Assembly: GCA_021613535.1 (NCBI GenBank)
Contig: CP075497.1
Span: 1,178,001 to 1,242,000, forward strand
DNA: 64,000 nt
Reading direction: 5' to 3'
Source: Adineta vaga
Taxonomy: Eukaryota; Animalia; Rotifera
The notes below the pieces were generated by a model. That model made no database searches, was not told where the DNA came from, and saw only the letters and a list, made by a program, of their open reading frames with translations. This document shows positions 24,532 to 38,948 of the stretch, piece by piece. Position numbers and translations under genes: made by a program. The first letter of the stretch is position 1. Each line of letters begins with the position of its first letter.

Positions 24532-27500
24532 ATGACAATTGAATGTTTATCTTCTGAATTTACTTCTCCTATTAATATAGCGACAACAAAAAAAGCACCC
24601 AACATACAAACAAATAATAATGAAAATGAATTTGATTCAAAGACATCAACTACGTAAACGTTTTTTTTATATATATTTTATTTTTAATTTAATTATATAA
24701 TCATAGTAGATCAAATATTGTATGTTCAATATGGAATTTCTGTGGAAACATTTTTATGTTTGTATTATTCGTTGTTACAGCAGTGATTTGTGCTACATTG
24801 ATAGTTTACTTTACTTCTGCAAAGCCACAAAGTATGTTTCATTCTTATTTAATATATAATTATTAAAACATTGAATATTATTAACTCAATAATTTCTATT
24901 AATAAGAATTGTGTTAGATTAGATAGATATATCATATTTCAAAATGTGATAAATGATTATTTTGTATAATACATTTTCTTATTTTTTAGTTCAACCATGT
25001 AAATTAACATTGAGATCTATTTCAGAACGAGTAATTATAACTGATTCTCATCCAAATTCTGTAACTATTGGTAATATTAATGATGATACTAATTTGGATA
25101 TTATTATCGCTAATTCAGATGCGAATAATTTGGGGATATTTATGGGATATTCTGATGGAACATTTTCAAATCAAATAACATATTCAACTGGTTATAATTC
25201 TATTCCATATAAAGTTGCTTTAGCTGATTTGAATCATGATCAACATATTGATATGGCAGTTGCAAATTTTGGTAGAAATAATATTGGAATTTTTTATGGA
25301 AAAGATAATGGAAGTTTTACATCGCAAACAATAATTTCAACAGGATCGTCTCGTCCACGATGGGTTGCTATTAATGATTTAAATAATGATACACATAATG
25401 ATATTGTTACAGCAAATTATGGTACTAATACTATTGGTATTTTTCTTGGATATGGTAATAAAATATTTTCAAATCAAATGACTTTTTCAACTGGTTATGA
25501 TTCATCACCTTTCTCACTAATTATTTATGATATTAATTATGATAATAAATTTGATATAATTGTTGCTAATTATGATACTAATAATATTGGCTTGTTTTAT
25601 GGATATGGTGATGGAACGTTTTCAAATCAAATTATTTATTCAACTGGAATTAATTCTCATCCATGTTCAATAGATATTGCTGATTTTAATAATGATAAAT
25701 ATTATGATATTGTTGTGGCTAATTCTGGTACAAATACGCTTAGTATTTTTTTTGGAAATAAAAATGAAACTTTTCAATTCGGAATAAATCTTTCAACTGG
25801 AAATAATTCCTCACCATATGCTGTTATTGTTAATGATATCGATCGAGATAATCAATTAGATATTGTTGTTGCTAATCGAGTTGCTAATAATATGGCCGTT
25901 TTTTTCGGATATAATAATGGAACATTTACTGATGAAAGAATTTATATGACAGGTAGAGGTTCTCTACCAAAATCAATCGCTATTGATGATTTTAATAATG
26001 ATAATCAAACGGATATTACTATAGTTAATTCTGGTACAAATAATATTGGTATTTTTCTTGGATTTAGTAAACCTATTTTAATCAAAGAAAAAAGTTATTC
26101 AACAGGCATTAATTCGGGTCCAGTGTCCAGTGCTATTGGTGATTTGAACAATGATGGTCATTTAGATATAGTAATTGCTAACCTTAATGATAATACAATA
26201 GGCATTTTTTTTGGATCGAATGACGGTACATTTTCCGATATACAAAAATTTTCGCTTAGTCCTCATTTTGGACCGTATTGGATTATAATTTACGATTTGA
26301 ATAATAATGGTCGATTAGATATTGCTACTGCTAATGTTTATTCGAGTAGTATTAGTCTCTTTATTGATTATGACAATGGTGATTTTCTCGATAAAACATC
26401 GTTTTATCTTTACGAAAACGAAAACCCGTGCTCAATTGTTGTTGGAGATTTTAATAATGATGATGTGATTGATGTTGCATTTGCTAGTTATTCATTTGAT
26501 GTTATAGGTGTATTGATTGGAAGTGGCACGATCACCTACTTTACATCACTAATACATTCATATGTTGGTGGAAGTAGGCCTATATCAATAGCTGTTGGTC
26601 ATTTTAACGATGACACTTGTTTAGATATCACAAGTGTCAATCAAAACAGTTGGGATGTTAGCGTTTTACTTGGCATGTGTAATGGAAGTTTTGTGTTTCA
26701 ACAGACATATTATACTGGTTATGGTACTTGGCCAACATTTGTAGCTGTTAATGATTTTAATAACGATGGTTTTGATGATATTGTATCCGTGAATCCTAGT
26801 AAAAATTATTTAGGTATTTTATTTGGCTATGGTAATGGAAACTTTTCAATACAAAGTATCGTTCCAACAGATGAAGCAAAGTATGATCCACAACCACAAT
26901 CACTTGCCTTTGGCGATTTTAATAATGATAATCAAGTGGATATTGTTATCTGTAATATAAACAGTAATAGTATAGCTATTGTCTACGGAGATGGTAATGG
27001 TACGTTCTCTGTTCCAATAAGATATTCTATTAATAAGAGTTTTACACCATCATCAGTCAATGTTGGCAATTTCAATAATGACAGTCGACAAGATGTTGCG
27101 GTTATCAATTTTAATCAAAATAACTTAGATATTTTTTTAGGAAGTACATACTTCAGTTTCTCTGATGAAAATATCTATGCAAGTGGTTCACAATCACATC
27201 CATATTCAGTTAGTCTTGCCGATCTTAACAATGATACATTCATTGACATTATACTGGTGAATTATGGTAATGACAATGTTGGTATTCTTTTAGGTCTTGA
27301 AAACAAAACTTTTACAAAAGAAACAACTTATTCAACTGGTTCTTTAACATTTCCAGTGGCAGTTGTTGTTGACGATTTTAATAATGACTCAAAATTGGAT
27401 ATTGCTGTCGCTAATTCTGGTACAGATAATATAGGTATATTTCTTGGTTATAAAAATGGTAGTATATCAAATCAGTCAACGTATTCATCAGGTATTGGAT

Positions 27501-29278
27501 CTAATCCACGATCAATTATTACTGGTGATTTTAATAATGACAATAAGATTGATATCGCTGTTGCAAATTATGGTATTGATAGTGTTCGAATACTTCTTCG
27601 ATATGATACTGGAGCTTTTACAAGTCCAATAAAATATTCAACTGGCACATTTACAAGACCAAGATCAGTCGTTCTTGCCGATTTTAATCATGACAATCAT
27701 TTAGATATTGCTTGTACTAATTATGAAGGTAGTAGTGTAAGTGTTTTTATTAACGATGGAAACGGCACATTTCCTAGTAAAAACACATATTCCGCTTATG
27801 AAAAATCTGGACCCTATGGTATTAATGTGGCCGACTTTAACAATGATAATAATGTGGATATTGCATTTATTGATAATGCTTATGGGCTTTTGTGTGTTTT
27901 TTTGGGTTATGGAAATGGAAGTTTTTCTTCTCAATTGATTTGCACACGTCTTGGTGTATATCCTGAATTTTTTGTTATTAGCAATTTTAATAATGATAGT
28001 TTTATGGATATTGGAGCTGTTAATTATGTGTCAGGTGATCTTAATATTCTAATTGGACTTGGTAATGGTAGTTTTACTGTTAAATATAAATATGCAATTG
28101 GATATTCTCCTCATGGTGTAACCTCTGGTGATTTTAACAATGATAGTAAAACAGACATTGTTATTGCTAATTCGGACTTAAATGGTATAGTTATTTTCTA
28201 TGGATATGGTGATGGTAGCTTTGGAAACGTACAAAACTATTCAACTGGTGATGGTTCTACTCCATTTACAGTTGGTGTCGGAGATTTTAATAATGACAAT
28301 CAGTTAGATATCATCGCTTCAAATCGAGGTAGTAACACTCTTGGTATTTTATATGGCTATGGTAATGGCAGTTTCAATAATGTACAAACATTTTCGACTA
28401 GTTCTCAACCAGATGCACTTGCATTTGGTGATTTTAATAATGATCAAAAACTCGATATAGTTGTAACAAATCTTGGAGCTCATAATATTGGTGTTCATTT
28501 AGGATTAACTGAAGGAATTTTTTTCGATCAAGTAATCTATCCGACTGGTGATAATTCTGTTCCTGCATCTGTTGCTGCCGGTGATCTTAATCATGACGGT
28601 CGACTTGATATTGTTGTTGTAGATGTCACACTGAATGAAATTCTCGTATTCTTTGGATATGTTGATGAAGGTTTTTTATCTGCACCTGCTTATTCAACAG
28701 GTACTTCATCTAAACCAATATCTGTCACTACAGGACATTTCAATAACGATACTCAATTAGATGTTGCAGTAGCCAACAGTGGTACAAATAATGTTATGAT
28801 ACTTTTTGGCTCGGGTATTGGTACATTCTCAAGACAAACAACTTATTCAACAGGTGATGGTTCTCATCCAAATTCGTTAGTTGTTGCTGATTTAAATAGT
28901 GATAGTTATCTTGATATGGTTGTCGTTAATTCTGGTACAAACAATGTAGGTATCTTTCTTGGACGTACAGATGGTACATTTTTTAATCAAACGACATATT
29001 TTATTGATGCTGGATCTCAACCACATTCAGTTGTTGTCAATGATTTTGATAATGATACAAGACTAGATATTGCAGTTACATGTTATGGAAATAATAAAGT
29101 TAGTCTTTTTTTTGGCAATGGTAATGGAAGTTTTTCAAATCGAATGGACTTTCCATCTGGTTTTAATTCTCGTCCATTTGCACTCGTTTCTCAAGATATT
29201 AATCAAGATAATGTAGCTGATGTGATTATTGTTAATAATGAATATGGCAATGTCGATGTTATTTCAAAAACATGTTAA
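24532..29278 (+). CDS. Type II membrane FG-GAP/VCBS-repeat protein; exons 24532-24653, 24707-24831, 24990-29278
   Basis: Many (G/D)D(F/L)NND..LDIVVAN....IGIFLG.G.GTF repeats in ORF 24953-29278. Two upstream exons splice in frame and supply a TM helix (IFMFVLFVVTAVICATLIVYF). Confidence 0.88.
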
Positions 29279-29544
29279 CAATATTGTATCGGGACGATTC
29301 TTTATAATATATATTAATTTATTTCTATTGTTAGTTAGTTTAAATCTAATGTTTTAGTTGAAATCCTTACAATGATATCAATTTCATCCAAATATAGTTT
29401 AACTAAGTGAATTTCAACGAAAGCAATCGATATTGACATATCTGTAGAAAGTTTAGGAACATCGTACTTCCTAGTTTCTTAAATGATGACTGTATCAATT
29501 TTTGTATTCTAACAAGAAATATTTATGAAAATCATAACCATATA

Positions 29545-30588
29545 CACTCTAAAAAAAGGGTTTTTATGAAACCAAAAATGGATCTTCCCCTTGGCACAAA
29601 ATCGGAATCATTTATTGGTTCTGTACAAAAAAGGTTTTGTATGAAACCCTTTTCCAAAAAGGGAACAAGAAGGTTCCGTACTGAAGGTTCAGTACCAAAC
29701 GGTTGGAAGCAGAACCCCGAAGACTTTAAACTAAACCTTTGCCATCATAGCATTCTTATCTAGCGACACACCCGGCTCCACGGTAAAGGTTTCCAACGGA
29801 ATCTTTTCGATGACCTCAGCAATCTACAACCGAGAAAAAAATTTCCTTATCAATTTAGAGATAAACTTACTTTTCTCAATACTTGACGGTGTGGGTGTTG
29901 ACCATTGCACTAAATCCATTGGGATAGATTCTAAACAGTCAAGAAGATAGGATGTAGTTTATAACATATCATCACTTACGTCTTTGCCTGGCGGACTACT
30001 GAAAAGCGGACGTTCGCCAGTATGAATAGACATGAGTGACGGACTAGTAAAAATATAAGAAATGAAGAGTAAATGAAAAATGCATCGGCATACATAGGGT
30101 CTCACCTACCGGTCTATTTAAAGCTATGCTAAACCAGTTGCAAGCATATAGAAACCATCATAGTTTAGCGTAAATTTTCTCAAACCTTTGGGCAATGTAC
30201 AAAGCCAGCGACAGTTTGGCAAAAACATTACCAAGCCTTACGATGATTTACAAAAATCCTACTAGTTTTGTATAGTGCGTACGAAACTTCAGAACTGTGT
30301 ACTGAACTACCACGGTTTTTGCCGATATTCTGCGATACCTCAAGTATGTGTACGGGGCTATCAGTGGTTTTCCGGACAAACTACAAAACCTTACGATGAT
30401 TTACGGAGCTATGCCTAGTTCTGTATGGTACGAACGGTACCTTAGGGTGGTGTAAGGAACTATCCCAGGTTCAGTATAAATTCGACGGAACCTTTAGAGC
30501 GCGTGCTGAACCTTCAGCAGTTCCGTTCGAATCATGCGTAACCATCAGTAGTTTGGTTCGACACATAAAGAACCATTTTTTTAGAGTG
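29545..30588. mobile_element. Non-autonomous TIR element with CACTCTAAAAAAA ends (CMC/EnSpm-like)
   Basis: cactctaaaaaaagggtttttatg ... cataaagaaccatttttttagagtg, with internal GGTTC/GAACC repeats. No matching TSD seen. Confidence 0.75.
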
Positions 30589-31570
30589 CGGATAGATAAA
30601 CTTTTTGCATTTTAAGCCGATGATTTTAACGCTGTATAATCCTTTCTTTCAGAAAAGAGAATATATACCTTTAAAAGAATATCTGACGGCAATTGAGATC
30701 GTTCTGAAGAAAGCTTTTAAATCAAAAAATTAGTCTAGTAAAACACTTTGCTACAGTCAAAATTCATTTTAAAGCAAGTTTTCAAGAAAAAAATGGTCTA
30801 CTTATTTTTCTTTATAGAAACTAGTTCATTTGATGGTGATTCCGTCACATAATTTGTAACCTCATAAGACATTTCGAAAAGCTTCTAATCATAGTAATAT
30901 ATAGCGTGGAAAAGTGTATTTGGAGTACCAATTTTATCAAAAAGAGACAACTCAGATTTCACGAAAAATGAATTAATGATACATTTCGCGAAGGAATCAC
31001 CATCATCAATGTACCAGGTTTACAAACATAGATAATTTCGAGAAGAAACAACGAATCATAGGTATGTTTTCATAATCACATACTCTGTTGAGATTAATAC
31101 TAGTTCATATAAAAAGTTTCGGACAAGAAATGTTCGCTTATAGAAAATATTTCAAAATTAGTATAGGTTACAATTCGGACCATTTTTCGATATTGAGACT
31201 CGTCCTATTTGCATGATTGACTTTCACATAAAATATACAACCACGAAGGTAAGAAATGTACTTCTAGTGATTTCAACCTTGCCCTACACGATGGTGATGT
31301 TAGTTTCAGTCAATAGCGTTGGTCAATTTCGCCCACTGAGGTACGCAGTTACGTGGACAGGCCGTAAAAGAATTATTTGCATCATCTATTGAACAAATGA
31401 AAAAGAGAGAAAATAGGGGTTACATGAATTTCGGTCCAGGAATTTTTCGTCCCAGACTTTCGGCCCAGTCCGAAATTCCGGTGACATTTGGGTCCAGAGA
31501 CGAAAAATTAACGAAATTTCGGTCCAATTCTTAATTAAATTAGATTTAATTAATTATCAATTAGTGACTT

Positions 31571-32165
31571 CATAGTGCCGAGCAGTATGAATATCAAGAG
31601 AATCATCTTGCTAAGCAGTATGACATAGTGCCGAGCAGTATGAATATCAAGAGAATCATCTTGCTAAGCAGTATGACATAGTGCCGAGCAGTATGAATAT
31701 CAAGAGAATCATCTTGCTAAGCAGTATGACATAGTGCCGAGCAGTATGAATATCAAGAGAATCATCTTGCTAAGCAGTAGTGCCGAGCAGTATGAATATC
31801 AAGAGAATCATCTTGCTAATAAGTATGACATAGTGCCGAGCAGTATGAATATCAAGAGAATCATCTTGCTAAGCAGTATGACATAGTGCCGAGCAGTATG
31901 AATATCAAGAGAATCATCTTGCTAAGCAGTATGACATAGTGCCGAGCAGTATGAATATCAAGAGAATCATCTTGCTAAGCAGTATGACATAGTGCCGAGC
32001 AGTATGAATATCAAGAGAATCATCTTGCTAAGCAGTATGACATAGTGCCGAGCAGTATGAATATCAAGAGAATCATCTTGCTAAGCAGTATGACATAGTG
32101 CCGAGCAGTATGAATATCAAGAGAATCATCTTGCTAAGCAGTATGACATAGTGCCGAGCAGTATG
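31571..32165 (+). repeat. 53-bp tandem array (~11 copies) in left TIR
   Basis: Unit catagtgccgagcagtatgaatatcaagagaatcatcttgctaagcagtatga. Confidence 0.95.
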
Positions 32166-32889
32166 ATACAAAGTTCTTCAAGAATTGGTAGTTTTAGTGG
32201 TAAAATTATTATTAGAAATGCTTGATTAATTTTAGAATTCTTTCGCATTTATACTGGGAAAATAGATGAAAAAAATGATACAAAGCTCAATAAAACGAAT
32301 ACATTTTTATCATACAAAAGTATTGTTCGTTGCATGTATTGTTTTCCTGAATAATATATGCACATATGGTTTAATTGTTTGATAGAGAAACTGCTTTGTA
32401 GAATTAAGTAAATATATGTCAATTTTAGCATAGATGATTATCTATATCTTTCTACGATATTTTTGAAATCTAGTAAATGAAAAGGAAGATATTTTGGATG
32501 ATTAATACACATCCAAGTTTTTATTGGAATCAACGATCAATAGATACATTAAATACTTCCTCAAAGCTTGAAGTGCTTTCAGAATGACAATCTGCAAACA
32601 TCTATACATATATAAATTGTACAATTTGTTTATCTAGGTGTTTCATGTATACATTGTACCTTCAGATTGTTGTCAAATGATTTACTATTTATGTTAATTT
32701 CCTTTGAGAGTTGTTTTATTTTATGTATTCATTTTTGAAATCATATCTATTTTAACATTCATGTGATTTGTATCAAATCTGATTCTTTCCTTTGTAATTG
32801 TTCTATACAATTTTCGACTAACAATATTAGATTCCCTTTGCACATAGTTATGAACAAGATGAATATTAAATCTTTCTGACTGTTTTGTT

Positions 32890-32985
32890 CGTTCGATCTA
32901 TAGGTCATTTCGTCCGTTTTATGCGTTCGATCTATGGGTCATTTCGTCCGTTTTATGCGTTCGATCTATGGGTCATTTCGTCTGT
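32890..32985 (+). repeat. 34-bp tandem repeat, ~3 copies, inside the MULE
   Basis: gttcgatctat(a/g)ggtcatttcgtccgttttatgc repeated. Confidence 0.8.
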
Positions 32986-33336
32986 TTTCTTAGAAGATGA
33001 ATCAAATCTTTTATATTCTATGCAACATGTATTCGAGTAATGCCTGGATTCAATTATATTCATCAAATACTTTCTTTCTTTGGTGATATTGATCGATCTA
33101 TTCACAATTATTTCTTTGTTACCCACTATGTTTATATTTCTTTTTTTCCTTCATATCGCTCATGACTTTTAACAAATGCTTATCTAAGTATTAACTTTGA
33201 TTTTTTCAAAAAAAATTAAAACCATCATCTCGTGAACCTCAATTTATATTTATTGTTATATGCTCAACTATCAGTAAGAAAGTGTAGTATATTTAAGTGT
33301 TTTACTGATTTTTTAATTTGATTGTTAGGTACTACT

Positions 33337-35247
33337 ATGAATCAAACATTTTCTTCCTACACATCCAGATTATCAAGAACATCTTCATTTTTGACACCAA
33401 CTAACAATGACGATCAAATATTAGATCTAATACAAGTGTCTCATGAAAACGATCAATCTACCGATAGCATTTTAGATTCTGAATCTGAAGTGGATTGGTT
33501 GGATAATAGTGAATACTATGAAGTTGTAGATAAAAATAACATCAATTTTGGAACAACAAATAGAAATGGTCGAGAAATGTATATGTGTGGATATTCATAT
33601 CAAGTGAAAACAGCAAATGTAGTAACAACGCGTTGGAGGTGTATAGTTCGGAAACCATCTTGTGCAGCTACTATTTGTACAAATAATATTGATGACAGCT
33701 TTTCTGATTGGAATGGTGTCCATCATCATCATCCACCAGATGCAAATCGTGAATTGATCAAAGCTATTATGACAAAAATCAAAGCAAGAGTTGCAGTCGA
33801 ACCATATCCAGTTCTTATTATAGCAGAAGAAAGAAATTCGTAAAGCAAAACTGACTACAACACAATTAGCAGTTATGCCACTTCCTTGTCAATTAGGTAT
33901 GTTCCATCCATATCTATTATCAATGCTTTATAATTATTTTTATAATCTTCCAGAGTCCGCATTACAAAAACATAGACGGAAAAATATTCCAGCACTTCCG
34001 ACTTCATTATGTTTTGAAATTCCATCGCTTTATAAACATACGTGGTCAGGTGATCGATTTATTTTAGCTGATGTACAGAAGAAACGGTTGGTGGACGTCT
34101 TATTATGTTTAGCTCTCCTCAACAAATAGAAATATTGTTGAACAGTTCCATATGGTTTTGTGACGGCACGTTCAAAACTTGTCCGAATTTGTTTGGACAA
34201 GTTTATATCATTCAATGTTTGGTTGGTAATCAAGGTACGTTTAAAATCGATTTCTATTTGTTGTTATCATAAGAAAGAGGTTCTCTCTTACTCTGTTCAG
34301 CGTTACCAGTATTATATGCTTTGACAGCTAATCGTAAAAGGAAAATGTATGAAGAAATGATTGGAATTATTATTAATTTAGCAGCTAGTCGAGGGAGAAC
34401 TCTTGCAGTTGATACCGTGGTGTCTGATTATGAAGATGCTTGGTTACGTGCAGTAGCAAATACAGTAAGTATTGTCGTTAATACAATGTTGAACGATTAA
34501 TTTAAATTTATCTAAAACGTATGTTTTCTTTTTATTCGTGTAGTTGCCTAATGTACACGACTCGGATGTTGGTTCCATTATACCCAAAGCTGTTATCGAA
34601 ATATCAAAAACTTAGGATTATCTGGTTTATATGATAATGAACCAGATGTGAAATTAGCCTTAAGAAAATTTCTTGCTTTGGCTTTACTTCCACATGAACA
34701 GATCAAAAGATGTTTGAAACAATTGTGTAATCATATTGATCCGCGTTTACAGTCCTTTGTTGATTATTTCAAAAAACAATGGATGTCTGCCATGGGACCA
34801 GACTTATGGTGCGTGGGTGAATCGGAAATTAGAACAAACAACAGTTCGGAAGGTAAATGCAAAATCTTTAAAAAGATTGAACGTTTATGTTAACCTGTGC
34901 TTTAATTTTCAGCATACAATCGTCGGTTTAAAAGTAGGATGGTCAGTATCCATCCTAACATTTGGAGGTTTATTCATACATTGAAGAATGAAGAACAAAA
35001 CATGATTCATCGAAATATACACCTTTTGATTGGAAATACATTTGATTTTGCATCGTCGATGCGCAAGCGTTCCAGAAAAGCATTGAAAAAAACTCAACAA
35101 ATCAAAAACTTACATCGATTATTTTTCGCAAAAAAGAAAACTTTGGATGAATTAATACATGGTTTATCATTTTTAGTCGGCGAACCGATTTCAAAGAAGA
35201 AAATTAAAAAGAAAAAATTTCAATTAATTGAAACGAACCTTTCTTGA
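33337..35247 (+). pseudogene. FLYWCH + MULE DDE transposase, multi-exon, two apparent 1-nt frameshifts (~33830, ~34085)
   Basis: FLYWCH finger GYSY...TRWRC...CAATI...HHHHPPD, plus MULE motifs WFCDGTFKTCPNLFGQVYIIQ, VVSDYE, GCWFHYTQ, RTNNSSE and HPNIWRFIHTLK. The frameshifts may be real or sequencing errors. Confidence 0.85.
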
Positions 35248-35491
35248 ACCTTTTTCTTTTGCATATACAAAAGAAAGGAATCATCTTGTAATCCTATATG
35301 TGAATGTGATGCTTGTAAATTCTTTGAAATATTAAAATGGTCGTGATTTAATTGTTTTTTCCTTGATTTATTAAAATAAAGGTACTTTTAATTCATTTCT
35401 TCTAGATAGAAATATTTCATTTTGTTCTTTGTCCGCGATTTGTTTGTTGGTTTAACACGATTCAATTAATATTTTTGAAATATTTAATGTT

Positions 35492-37019
35492 ATGGTTCAA
35501 TGGCGTTTTATCTTCGGCCAGTTGAATAATATTGGTGAGTAAATATTTACATATCTTCTTGGTAAGCGTTAATCATTTGACAACCGCTGTTTTCTAACAT
35601 TTTATAGATGGATTGATTGTTAAATGTTTGAATAATATACCACAATATGGGCAGGCTTATCCAGCAGCTAAATCAGATGTATCTGCATCACTTGAGCGTA
35701 TGGTTGAAAAAGGATTTCGCTCAAATGAAAATCTTGTATGGCACAAAATCACTCATGGTCAAAGACGATATTATTTAATTAAAACGGCAAATGATGCTGA
35801 AGAAGTTCGTGTAAGAATTGGTCACAGCGTATTTGGAAAATCAGGTAAACGTTTCTTCTTCAATCTTGAATTAAAAGCACCTCTGTTACCGACATTAAGT
35901 TTTTCTATATTTTTTATTGGTAGATCGTGATTTAAAAATATTGAAATCACGAGACGAATGTCACAGAATTATTCGACAGTTTTTAGTTCGTTGGAATAAC
36001 AATGGTTCTTTACCAGGATGGAAAACAATATGGTCAGTATTCAATGTTGCTAATTATGATGTAAGCGAGAGACGAATCAAACTGATTTACAAAATCATTC
36101 AAGATAATGTTACACGAGAACCAGTTAATACTGATAATATCGATGATAGTAATACTGAGTGAGTTTTTCTGAAGTTTATTTGCTTATTACATAACAAAAT
36201 ATTATTATTGTCCACTTGTTTTATTTGAAGATCAACGATTGATAGATCAATAAATCTCGATGATTTTGATGGTCAAAATCAAGATAACGAAGATTCTTCT
36301 CGAAGCTTTGAACGTATCGATAGCTACAACGTTCTACAGTTATTGCTTTCTAATGAAGATAATGGGTAAGAAATATATTCTTTCCAATTGGAGAGTTATG
36401 CTTAATTCTTTATCTCATTTCAATTTGTTATGTGTTGAATTAACTAATATCAAATAATATTTTTTCTTCTCTATGTTCATTTGATTTTTGGTTTTATATC
36501 ATAGTCAAATTCAATCATCATCACACAGTCATCGAATTCCATCATCAATTATAAATGATTCAACCGTTCAAGTAGAAGAAGCAGACAACATAGAACCAAA
36601 CGATTTAACATTGTCAAGGCATACAACAACTTCGTTAATACCACCTCCATCATCGAAAGATAAAAGACCAAATATAACTTCCTTCCTTGACTTAGATGAT
36701 ACAAATAAAGAAAACAATCTTCATTGCGAAACATCGTAAGTCTTTACAACCTGTTCTATAGCCAACAATATCTTTCTGAAACCCGCTTCAAACAATTTTT
36801 TCTTTTAAGAATTGTTGGTACAAAACATATGAATCTACAAATTCTTCACTGGGTCTTCTATCATCATCTAATTCATTAATTCATTCTGCATCAACTTCAT
36901 TAACACAAAATAATCCAACAATTACTACTAAACAAAAACGACAACGTCGTATCTATGCTACAAAAGGCACACCATATGCAACCCGACGGCAAGGTCAACT
37001 AACAGCTAAACAAGCATAA
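35492..37019 (+). CDS. Second spliced ORF of the MULE element, unknown function
   Basis: ORF pieces 35613-35930, 35917-36162, 36488-36739 and a last exon ending ...YATRRQGQLTAKQA* are separated by short intron-like gaps. The first junction splices in frame (MVQWRFIFGQLNNI|DGLIVKCL). Confidence 0.55.
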
Positions 37020-37390
37020 AAAATGAATGAATAATAATTTCAATACAATAAACATTACTATTGTGCTTCATATTTCTTAAAGATTCAAAATGTTTGAGGT
37101 TATTCTAGCGCTTTTCTTTATTTACTGATAGATATTGAATAAAATTCAAATAAATTAATGAACATGAACTAACTTCACACGTTCAATCGTGATAAGATTT
37201 CTAAAAATGTCACAGATAAAAAGGCTTCTAAAACATCTGAATGGAAAGTGGGGAGAATGCATTTTCTAGTTGACATTTATGCAAACTGTTGGATATGCAT
37301 TTTAGATGATCGTACGACAAATACAAAATTGAATGAAATGTTTCTAGTATCACCTTAGCTTATAACCAGACGATCGGCTCACCATTCAAT

Positions 37391-38160
37391 GCTCGGCACT
37401 ATGTCATACTGCTTAGCAAGATGATTCTCTTGATATTCATACTGCTCGGCACTATGTCATACTGCTTAGCAAGATGATTCTCTTGATATTCATACTGCTC
37501 GGCACTATGTCATACTGCTTAGCAAGATGATTCTCTTGATATTCATACTGCTCGGCACTATGTCATACTGCTTACAAGATGATTCTCTTGATATTCATAC
37601 TGCTCGGCACTATGTCATACTGCTTAGCAAGATGATTCTCTTGATATTCATACTGCTCGGCACTATGTCATACTGCTTAGCAAGATGATTCTCTTGATAT
37701 TCATACTGCTCGGCACTATGTCATACTGCTTAGCAAGATGATTCTCTTGATATTCATACTGCTCGGCACTATGTCATACTGCTTAGCAAGATGATTCTCT
37801 TGATATTCATACTGCTCGGCACTATGTCATACTGCTTAGCAAGATGATTCTCTTGATATTCATACTGCTCGGCACTATGTCATACTGCTTAGCAAGATGA
37901 TTCTCTTGATATTCATACTGCTCGGCACTATGTCATACTGCTTAGCAAGATGATTCTCTTGATATTCATACTGCTCGGCACTATGTCATACTGCTTAGCA
38001 AGATGATTCTCTTGATATTCATACTGCTCGGCACTATGTCATACTGCTTAGCAAGATGATTCTCTTGATATTCATACTGCTCGGCACTATGTCATACTGC
38101 TTAGCAAGATGATTCTCTTGATATTCATACTGCTCGGCACTATGTCATACTGCTTAGCAC
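37391..38160 (-). repeat. 53-bp tandem array (~14 copies) in right TIR, inverted relative to the left array
   Basis: Reverse complement of the left-array unit. Confidence 0.95.
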
Positions 38161-38948
38161 TATGCATTTTGAAATTCATGTTGCTCAGCACTATGAAGTC
38201 ACTAATTGATAATTAATTAAATCTAATTTAATTAAGAATTGGACCGAAATTTCGTTAATTTTTCGTCCCTGGACCCAAATGTCACCGGAATTTCGGACTG
38301 GGCCGAAAGTTTGGGACGAAAAATTCCTGGACCGAAATTCCGGGTTCCCGAAAATAGTAGTACATGAGTTTCACCGATGAATGAAAGAAATATTCAATAA
38401 ATAATGGTGTTGATATCGATTTATTACAAGAATGTCATATTAGTGATGCACCTCAAGAAGATGATATTTATGATGTTTCACTGGAAGATGATATTGATCG
38501 GACGTCACAAGAAGATGATGCTAATAAGAAATTGCAATATAATCTGGATCATGACAATTTAGAAGGTGATTATGAAATAGAAAACTATATCTTTAATGAT
38601 TGAATTATAATATCGTTAATGATGCAACAAAAGTCTAATTTTCTTGATAAACATTCGTTATTTTTCTGTTAGTTGTATATGAATAAGACAATTTATCAAA
38701 AATAAACACTTACCAAATAGAAATGTTTACATATGTATTGCAATAAGATAGACAAGATTTAGGGGGAAATATCGTTCCCGTAGGACACTAGTATTAACAC
38801 AACTCTTTGTTCTGAAGTAAACATTCTAAGTGATCTCGGACAATTTAAAATAGTTTTATATCAGCCTTGTGATCTTTTGATCATAAAGATCATATTAACA
38901 ACTCATGAGTCCTCTTAGTCGAGGTCAAAGTAGCTATGGTAGCTATCT

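Larger units (their letters stand above)
31417..38349 (+). mobile_element. Mutator (MULE)/Foldback-like DNA transposon, 6.9 kb, long TIRs containing tandem arrays
   Basis: 8-bp TSD gaaaatag (31409-31416, 38350-38357). About 150 bp of nearly perfect outer TIR, then inverted 53-bp tandem arrays, enclosing a FLYWCH-MULE transposase. Confidence 0.92.

Noticed and set aside
29886-29900. ggtgtgggtgt inside the CACTC element, and GGTGTGGGC in the propeller exon, as further junction sites
   Set aside because: Single motifs without an inverted C-rich arm; the exon copies simply encode Gly-Val-Gly.
31094-38797. Possible older TTAA-flanked (piggyBac-like) element hosting the MULE (TTAA-tactagt ... actagta-TTAA)
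   Set aside because: Only 7 bp of inverted match, and a similar actagttcat occurs nearby at ~30820; insufficient support.
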